DNA from: Eledone cirrhosa
Taxonomy: Eukaryota
NCBI GenBank assembly: GCA_964016885.1
Contig: OZ024740.1
Location: 274,908,001-274,972,000 of the forward strand
Reading direction: 5' to 3'
Length of the DNA stretch: 64,000 nt
The notes below the pieces were generated by a model. That model was not told the DNA's origin, did not search any database, and was given only the letters and a program-made list of their open reading frames with translations. Of the stretch, positions 54,401 through 64,000 are shown piece after piece (the first letter of the stretch is position 1; every line of letters begins with the position of its first letter). The position numbers and the translations under genes are program-made.

Positions 54401-56140
54401 AACAAGAATGAAACGCGTAGACTTACTTCCCTTGCTTTTGTCGAGAATCTAATTGTAATACGTGACGTATTCTATTCTATAGCGATTAGGTCTTCAAAAT
54501 GTTTATTATAAACATACAGAATATTTTCGAATATTCTGTGTCTATATTCACATATATATCGCTATTTCAGAGCATTTATTCCAATTTCTAATTTCTGCCG
54601 GACCGGCAACCGCTCTTTCAAACCAGTTCCTGTACACAGCTAAGTATTCTATAAGTCTCTAGCTGTGTCATTCTCGATAAAAGCACTGGATATGTAGTCC
54701 TGATGAATTCTAACAAGAATGAAACGCGTAGACTTACTTCCCTTGCTTTTGTCGAGAATCTAATTGTAATACGTGACGTATTCTATTCTATAGCGATTAG
54801 GTCTTCAAAATGTTTATTATAAACATACAGAATATTTTCGAATATTCTGTGTCTATATTCACATATATATCGCTATTTCAGAGCATTTATTCCAATTTCT
54901 AATTTCTGCCGGACCGGCAACCGCTCTTTCAAACCAGTTCCTGTACACAGCTAAGTATTCTATAAGTCTCTAGCTGTGTCATTCTCGATAAAAGCACTGG
55001 ATATGTAGTCCTGATGAATTCTAACAAGAATGAAACGCGTAGACTTACTTCCCTTGCTTTTGTCGAGAATCTAATTGTAATACGTGACGTATTCTATTCT
55101 ATAGCGATTAGGTCTTCAAAATGTTTATTATAAACATACAGAATATTTTCGAATATTCTGTGTCTATATTCACATATATATCGCTATTTCAGAGCATTTA
55201 TTCCAATTTCTAATTTCTGCCGGACCGGCAACCGCTCTTTCAAACCAGTTCCTGTACACAGCTAAGTATTCTATAAGTCTCTAGCTGTGTCATTCTCGAT
55301 AAAAGCACTGGATATGTAGTCCTGATGAATTCTAACAAGAATGAAACGCGTAGACTTACTTCCCTTGCTTTTGTCGAGAATCTAATTGTAATACGTGACG
55401 TATTCTATTCTATAGCGATTAGGTCTTCAAAATGTTTATTATAAACATACAGAATATTTTCGAATATTCTGTGTCTATATTCACATATATATCGCTATTT
55501 CAGAGCATTTATTCCAATTTCTAATTTCTGCCGGACCGGCAACCGCTCTTTCAAACCAGTTCCTGTACACAGCTAAGTATTCTATAAGTCTCTAGCTGTG
55601 TCATTCTCGATAAAAGCACTGGATATGTAGTCCTGATGAATTCTAACAAGAATGAAACGCGTAGACTTACTTCCCTTGCTTTTGTCGAGAATCTAATTGT
55701 AATACGTGACGTATTCTATTCTATAGCGATTAGGTCTTCAAAATGTTTATTATAAACATACAGAATATTTTCGAATATTCTGTGTCTATATTCACATATA
55801 TATCGCTATTTCAGAGCATTTATTCCAATTTCTAATTTCTGCCGGACCGGCAACCGCTCTTTCAAACCAGTTCCTGTACACAGCTAAGTATTCTATAAGT
55901 CTCTAGCTGTGTCATTCTCGATAAAAGCACTGGATATGTAGTCCTGATGAATTCTAACAAGAATGAAACGCGTAGACTTACTTCCCTTGCTTTTGTCGAG
56001 AATCTAATTGTAATACGTGACGTATTCTATTCTATAGCGATTAGGTCTTCAAAATGTTTATTATAAACATACAGAATATTTTCGAATATTCTGTGTCTAT
56101 ATTCACATATATATCGCTATTTCAGAGCATTTATTCCAAT
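51480..56140. mobile_element. 311-bp HHR-containing tandem array (non-LTR retrozyme-like): ~4.6 units on - strand, then ~10.4 units on + strand
   Basis: GTGAATATAGAC at 51488, 51799, 52110, 52421 and 52732 (period 311). Inversion at 52903-52904. Both ends run into (TA)n. Confidence 0.93.
53141..53179 (+). ncRNA. Minimal type I HHR; repeats every 311 bp to 55940-55978 (10 copies +), plus 5 copies on - from 51616-51654 to 52860-52898
   Basis: AGUC-CUGAUGA-AUUCU aaca AGAAU-GAAAC GC GUA^GACU: all core nucleotides present; palindromic stem III ACGCGU. Confidence 0.9.
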
Positions 56141-56359
56141 ATATATATATATATAAATGAAAAGTATAGAAATTATTGTAGCGAGAAGCTAACAGTATTC
56201 CATAATATATAAGTGACTATAGCGTCAAAATGGGAAAATAGTTAACATAAGATATGGGAAAATATTTATATATATATATATATATATATACGTAGGTCCC
56301 GGGTTGAGTCGGGGATAACCACTGTAAGTAAGGTACTCAATACATGGCAGAGTAAAATA

Positions 56360-56493
56360 TATTTATTGTATAGAAGGAGCTTCTACAGGACTAGAACTGT
56401 TTCATTCAGATGAAATCTTCAGGAAGCTTCCTGAAGATTTCATCTGAATGAAACAGTTCTAGTCCTGTAGAAGCTCCTTCTATACAATAAATA
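56360..56493. repeat. Spacer-less 134-bp palindrome with HHR core on both arms (element 56292-56500; relative at 17322-17440)
   Basis: Centre between 56426 and 56427 (GGAAG|CTTCC); CTGAAGA-tTTCA tc TGAAt-GAAAC. Confidence 0.9.
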
Positions 56494-56970
56494 CAATAAA
56501 TATATATATATATATATATATATACAAGTTTATATATACAAGTTTAGGGTATCAAAACATATCGAATATGCTTGAGTTTTTGTGCTTCTCAATAATGTAG
56601 CTCAATGGACGTTTCTCCAGAACTATAATAATTCAAATTTAAAGATATATATATAGAGAGAGAGAGAGAAAGAATCGTATTTCCATGGGAGTACACAATA
56701 TATTGCATGTACATTTGTATATATATAATATATTGTGTATTTCCATGACTATATGGTTCTTTCGCTCCCTATTTATATATATATATATATAACATTTAAT
56801 TTTAATTATATATATATATACAAATGAATTTATGTCGATATACAAAATACCGACACACTGCACCATAACCGCTCAATGAAAATGTTTGCACAAAAATACT
56901 GAAAACAGATCGCACTTATAACGGGATAATTTTATGGACACACACACACGCACACACACACACACATATA

Positions 56971-57870
56971 TCTATATATAAAACTGAGTATGTCTGTGTG
57001 TGTGTGAGTTTGAATCCCCAAAATTCGAGAAACACCCAACCGACTGTTTTCAAACTTTACACATGTAATACTTATGTTTCAGGGAGTGTTCTGAAGAAAA
57101 GAAATTTCAAATTTTCAAAGCCCTGGGGACCGCATTTGGCGATTTAACGATCTCTCTCTATAATTCTTAGTCTTTCTCTTTTTAGATAGATACATACATA
57201 TAACGTCGCGCGCTTATAATATCTGTCTGTATGTCTGGTGTCTGCATTACGTCACTTCCCTGAGGATGTGTGTGTGTGTGTGTGTCAGTGAGTTTGAATC
57301 CCTAAAACTCGAGAAATACCCAACCGACCTTTTTCAAACTTCACACGTGTATTACTTATGTTTCAAGGAGTGTTATGCACATAAAAAAATCCACTTTTTG
57401 ATCACCATAGGGCCCGCATTAGGTGAAAAACTGCGTTTTTTTCAGGTTTTTAGGGGTTTTTTGAGGCGTTACGTCAGACCGATTTCCTTGAAATTGTAAC
57501 TATGTATTAGTCAGTCTCTTCTTCATACCGTGAGAAAAGAAAATCCAACTTTTTTATGATCTAGGACCCGCATTGGGTGAAAAACTTCATTTTTTTTTCA
57601 GCTTTTTAGGGCTTTTTTGAGGCGTTAAGTCTAGCCGATTTTCCCGAAATTTCAAGGCATATTATGAACATCCCCTAGGGCCTGCATTAGGTGAAAACCA
57701 GCATTTTTCCTGTTTCATCGAGTAAAATCTTAAAGATTATCCTGCCATCAGAATATTCGATTTATTTTCTTTACATATTGTCCAAGCATGCAGTTTTTCA
57801 ACGATTAGGTCTGTTGGCGGCCCGCGTTCCAAAATACCTTATCCCGTGCAACGCCGGGTACCACTGCTAG
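56971..57870 (+). mobile_element. Non-autonomous Helitron (900 bp)
   Basis: A|TCTATATATAAAAC ... CCCGTGCAACGCCGGG hairpin ... CTGCTAG|T; internal diverged duplications. Confidence 0.9.
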
Positions 57871-58230
57871 TATATATATATATTCTGACAAAAATAAAAT
57901 GAGTTTTTAATCACTTCTTTTTAAAACCCGGGACACCCAAATCCTAGTCGAAATTAGGTGAAGATATTCGAGTAATATAGTGCGAACAAATTCAACTAGC
58001 TAATCTTAATGATAATAAAAACCATCCCTATTTGAAAAAAACTATCGTTAGGGGATGAGTTAAGGTATTAATAGTTTCTAATACAAGAACAGAGCCAGCA
58101 ATTTAGGGGGAGGGGGGTCGATTAAATTGACTCCAGTACTTCACTGGTACTTTATTTTATCGACCCCGGAAGGATGAAAGATAAAGATCTAATCTAATTG
58201 TAATTTTGCTTCCTGTGTTTCTGTGTTTTG

Positions 58231-59037
<807 letters not shown>

Positions 59038-59042
59038 CATAC

Positions 59043-59074
<32 letters not shown>

Positions 59075-59080
59075 GTGTGT

Positions 59081-59756
59081 GAATGAAAAAATGGCGTGCT
59101 GCGTTGTTGCGAATGTGATACATATGAATGAAAATAGACCGAGAAACGGGACTGTCCATCATCAGTAGCCTGCTGATTATCATTGGTATTTCTTCGCATT
59201 AAAGACTATATACCTAAAATCAGTGCGAGCGATAATTAAATTAAGTTATCGGGACAGAACTAATTGGAAGGGGAAAGTAAACAAACAAGGGGTAGTAATG
59301 CAACGTAAAGAGAGGAAAAGAGAGACAAGTCAATGAATTTTGTGGATTTAAGTCGGAGCTGGTCACACACTCTCGGCTGGCCTCTTCCTCACACTTTCAC
59401 TCACTCACTCTCTGCTAATCCCCCTCTCTCACTTCCTCCCGTCTGACCTGTGTGAAATCCTTTTCTCTCTCACTTTTCGCGTGGCTCCGGCATGTCTGTT
59501 TCTTCTCGTCGATTGATTTGTTAGGACTTAAGTCCACAAGATTCATTGACTTGTCTCTCTTTTCCTCGCTTTACGTTGCATTACTACCATGTTGTTTGCT
59601 TACTTTACCCTTCCCATTCGCTCTGTCCCGATAACTTAGTTTAGTTATCGCTCGCACTGATTTTAGGTATCTAGTCTTTAATGCGAAGAAATACCAATGA
59701 TAATCAGCAGACTACTGATGATGGACAGTCCCGTTTCTCGGTCTAATTTCATTCTT
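59081..59756. mobile_element. Family A element with ~225-bp inverted arms, each carrying the permuted HHR
   Basis: Arms ~59124-59351 and ~59527-59753. Motifs at 59158-59227 (-) and 59653-59722 (+). The CT-rich spacer is homologous to the family B unit. Confidence 0.85.
59653..59722 (+). ncRNA. Candidate non-circularly permuted hammerhead ribozyme (family A)
   Basis: CGCA CUGAUU uua GGUAUC^UAGUCU uuaa UGCG aA GAAA UACC aaugau AAUCAG c AGACUA CUGAUGA U. Confidence 0.78.
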
Positions 59757-60000
59757 ATATATATATATATATAATATATATATGCAGTATATATATATAA
59801 ATATACAGCTTTGAAAAGCTTACTGAACACAAGCCGAAACCGCTTCGTGTCGTGGTCGGGTTACATTTCTTTATAACCACTCTGCATCTTCCCATACATT
59901 AAGTACTCCCATGGTCTGAAGTGTCCCCAGCCTCAGCACCACAGACACACACACTCTCTCTCTCTCTATCTATCTCTATCTCTCTCTCTATCTCCCTCTT

Positions 60001-60038
<38 letters not shown>

Positions 60039-61500
60039 TCTCTCTCTGTATATATATATATATTTCACTGCCCCACCCCCTTGGCCCACCTCACAACTAA
60101 TAATACTTACACCCCCACCCCACCCCCGGCCCTTCCCCAACTAACAATACTAACACCCACCCACCCCAAACACCCGTGCACCCACACATCTCCACACGCA
60201 CACACCCACCTGTACATATATACACGCACTCACACTATCCACACACCCTACTACCACCACTAGCCCTCACCCACACATCCACTCCGACCACCCCACAACT
60301 AATATCACTAACATCCCCCGACCCCACGCACACGAACAGACACCACACACACACCCACACCTACGTACACCACCCACTCCACACACCTAACCACCACTAA
60401 CCCCCACTTACACACACCCCTATTCAACCCTTTCCCCACCACCAGTAATACTAACACCCCTTCTACCACACACACACTCATCCAAACACGCACACACACA
60501 CCAGCACACTATACTCCCTCCTCCGTCCCCAACACCTTTTCTCTCCCTCTCCCTCTCCCTCTCCCCGCCCCACCTACACCCCTTCACACACACACATCCC
60601 ACTAATACCTCCACTAATATACACCCCATTCCCCTACATCACCACCTTCCCCCTCCACCTTTCACACCTACCCATCCTCTCCCCTCTCCACCGCACCTGC
60701 GCACACACACACAGACACACAGTCCACACCACACACAGACCATTTCTTAACCTGTCATCCTCCTCTACTGCTATCTCTTCACCCTGCCTTGACCCTCTGA
60801 CCACTTCCTGTTGCGCGCGCACCCCACATCTCTCCACTTCCGACCACCACCACAAATGGATTTCACACCACCGGTCATCGTTCCAGCCACCCACTCTATA
60901 ACATGAGAAATATCCAACATCTTATCGCACACTCCACGGAACTACTTTAGGAACTTACCCACGAACAAACACTCACATATTTTTTCGAACCACGCCACCT
61001 ACATCCACACCACGTATAAACACAAACACACACGTGCGTATCCACACATATACACACTCAGCTTCCGGAATCCACATGTCCCCTCCCCCTCCCCCACCCC
61101 TCTGACCCCTCTCCATCCACATGCACGCACACACCGACTTACAGCCCACCCCACGCACACACCCTTTTCCTGAACATGGAACCTCGTTCTTTCCCTAACT
61201 CTCACATTCACATATACATGCACACACACACACACGTACACCTACACACATACAAAAACACCACCTTCAGCCCTCCCCGCTCGGACCCCCCGCCTCCCAC
61301 TCCCAACTCCACCCGCCACCACCCCTACACGCCTCACACCCTGCCACCACTTGTTTATTTTTATGTTTATTTTTTATTTTCATTTGTACTTCTAAAATTG
61401 TTTTTCCTCCCTTTTCTCTCACCCTCCCACCCTTCTTTTTCTAAATGTCTTTCCACCACTCCCCCACACACCCTCGGAACTCTCTTCCTACCCACTTTTC

Positions 61501-61532
61501 TCCTGATGAAGGGCTTATGCCCGAAACGTCGT
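61501..61532 (+). ncRNA. Minimal HHR core near the 3' end of a C/A-rich (TA)n-flanked element (~60063-61619)
   Basis: CUGAUGA-a GGGC uuau GCCC-GAAAC GUC; stem I is weak. The downstream terminus also occurs at 23527-23593. Confidence 0.65.
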
Positions 61533-62457
61533 TCCCCATCCCCCACTCTCAAAAGCGTGAACCTAATAAACTCATATTTGTACTGCCTCTCTGTTTTTGT
61601 TCCTGTCTAAGATTTAACTATATATATATATATATAGTAGAATAATCGAGTATCGAAAAATCGGCGCACGAGTTCACGATAAACAAAATTCGATATGAGC
61701 GGCAGAGGGCTCAATAATTTAGATAAATCAGAGCTATAATTATCGTTAAAATACCGTCACACATAGAACAAGTCTATAATCAACCATACGACCGAAAAAT
61801 TGCGATCTGGAAGATTCGGGACACTCAGATAAAAAATCAATAAATCAATAAATCAAATGAATGTAAAAAGCATACCCGGACCCGCTAGAAAGATGGTAAA
61901 TCTAGCTTCTTGGGTTTCTGTAAATCCTTAAACTGTCCTCTATCAGCTCACATAAAAATATATAAGACTTCTAGAGCCCGCGGACGGGAATTTACTTCCT
62001 CAACGAGCTTTTGTCCAAACGAATGAAAAGGCATAACCCAGGTTAAATACGCACATGGAATTCAGCAAGGGAGATAACCTCTATATCCGCGAAAAATATT
62101 CGGGAAAATGTGGAAATACACATATGGAATAAGAGTGCTCAATATATATAGTTAAATGAAAGGTATAGAAATTATTGTGAGCAAGAAGCCAACAGTATTT
62201 CATATATATACATATATATATATCTATATATATATATATAGGAACGAGTAGGACCCCGACGGCTGAGCTCAAGCTGTTTCGACGGCTAATTCAGTCCAGA
62301 ATTAGCCGTCGAAACGGCTTGAGCTCAGCCGTCGGGGTCCTACTCGTTCCTATTACCCACTCTACTACCCTAAGTATTGAGCACTTTGGTGCGTTAATGT
62401 CCACCTGGTTCCTTACCACATTTCCTTCGTTATATATATATATATATATATATATAT

Positions 62458-62700
62458 GCCAACATCAACAATTTTCCAAGAGATGGCAACATGAATAGAC
62501 CTGTTATTTTTCTCTAAAAACAACTTTTTTCCAATTCCACCCTCCCCGTCCCTTCAATCTTTCTAATTTCTCATCCTTTCTTCTGATGAAGGACTAGCGT
62601 CGGAAACGTTAAAACTCTCTCCCTGCTCTTTCAAGCGTTAACTTAATATATTCCTTCCATATACTGTACCGATTGTGTTGTTACTTATGTTTACATTTTA
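62458..62700 (+). mobile_element. Repeat with a minimal HHR core at 62583-62610; degraded relatives at ~32390-32790 and ~37745-37925
   Basis: CUGAUGA-aG GAC uagc GUC g-GAAAC GUU; shared tail resembles 61530-61619. Confidence 0.6.
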
Positions 62701-62968
62701 CACACACATATATATATATATATACAATATTAATAAATGGAAACTATATTTATAAAACCATATTTATTTCATTATATATATTTAAAGGATACCAAGTTAA
62801 ATCATGGTATGCCTTCATCAGACAAAATACAATATATAACAGTTTTACAAATAGATATTGACGTACCCTTTCAAAAAGGTGACCGTTGTTTTTGGAAGCC
62901 ATCCGGATTTATTAATATTGTATATCTACTCCAAATATTTGTCGAGTGCTTTATATCAGTTATAATAA

Positions 62969-63495
<527 letters not shown>

Positions 63496-64000
63496 GCACT
63501 TCGAATTTCTGTTGAATAGATTTTCAATAAAGGAATGGTTTTGATAGATTACTAAATTATCCTATGTCAATAATGAATTCATTTCAGCTTAACTTTAAAA
63601 CTATGTAGGTGTGAATGTAGGCTGATGGGAATCCGGACATTTGATAGGAATAATTATATTCTATCACAAAGGTTACTTGTTCTATCATCAAACTAGCCCC
63701 CCCCCCCTACCCACACACACACACGCACATTTATATATATATGTGGGGGGGTGTATGTGTGCGTGCGTGTGTCTGTGTGTATGTGTGCGTGTGTGTGTGT
63801 TCTGTGTAATTCGCCCAAAGGCATAACTTGTCCTCATTTTTCCTCTACCTCTTTTGTTGTGTTGCGAAGTGCACGGGAATGATAAGTTTCATCATTAATT
63901 AACCGAAACTGAAGTGACTTACAGAGGTTGTCTGAAGTGTGTCCGTTTTTCCGCTGTTTTCCTTCTGCATGTGGGGAAGAAAATATTAAAACACCCAATC

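Noticed and set aside
51480-56140. CRISPR-like or coding interpretation of the tandem arrays
   Set aside because: Units are identical with no unique spacers, there are no cas genes or ORFs, and the context is eukaryotic.

Overview
Eukaryotic, AT-rich, microsatellite-dense non-coding DNA. The SINE family and simple-repeat landscape look like a coleoid cephalopod (Octopus-like) genome; this is an inference. I found no supportable host gene, and nearly all listed ORFs are microsatellite translations. Recognisable coding remnants are all transposon-derived: an RTE LINE (2239-3847, -), further RTE, CRE, R4/Dong-like and CR1/L2-like LINE fragments, and a Helitron helicase tail. There are also non-autonomous Helitrons, hAT and Tc1/mariner MITEs, many tRNA-derived SINEs, a bipartite RTE-derived element and a 114-bp minisatellite. 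The main signal is at the RNA level. More than ten distinct short elements sit in (TA)n tracts, have partial-tandem and/or inverted architecture, and carry hammerhead ribozyme (HHR) motifs, as Penelope-type pLTRs and non-LTR retrozymes do. Two cases stand out. (1) A ~4.66-kb array of ~15 apparently identical 311-bp units, each with a minimal type I HHR, that switches orientation at ~52903. (2) A 70-nt motif found 9 times in three diverged subfamilies that contains every HHR core element in a non-circularly permuted, pseudoknotted order, supported by covariation in most helices. All structure calls were made by eye and none has been tested for activity.
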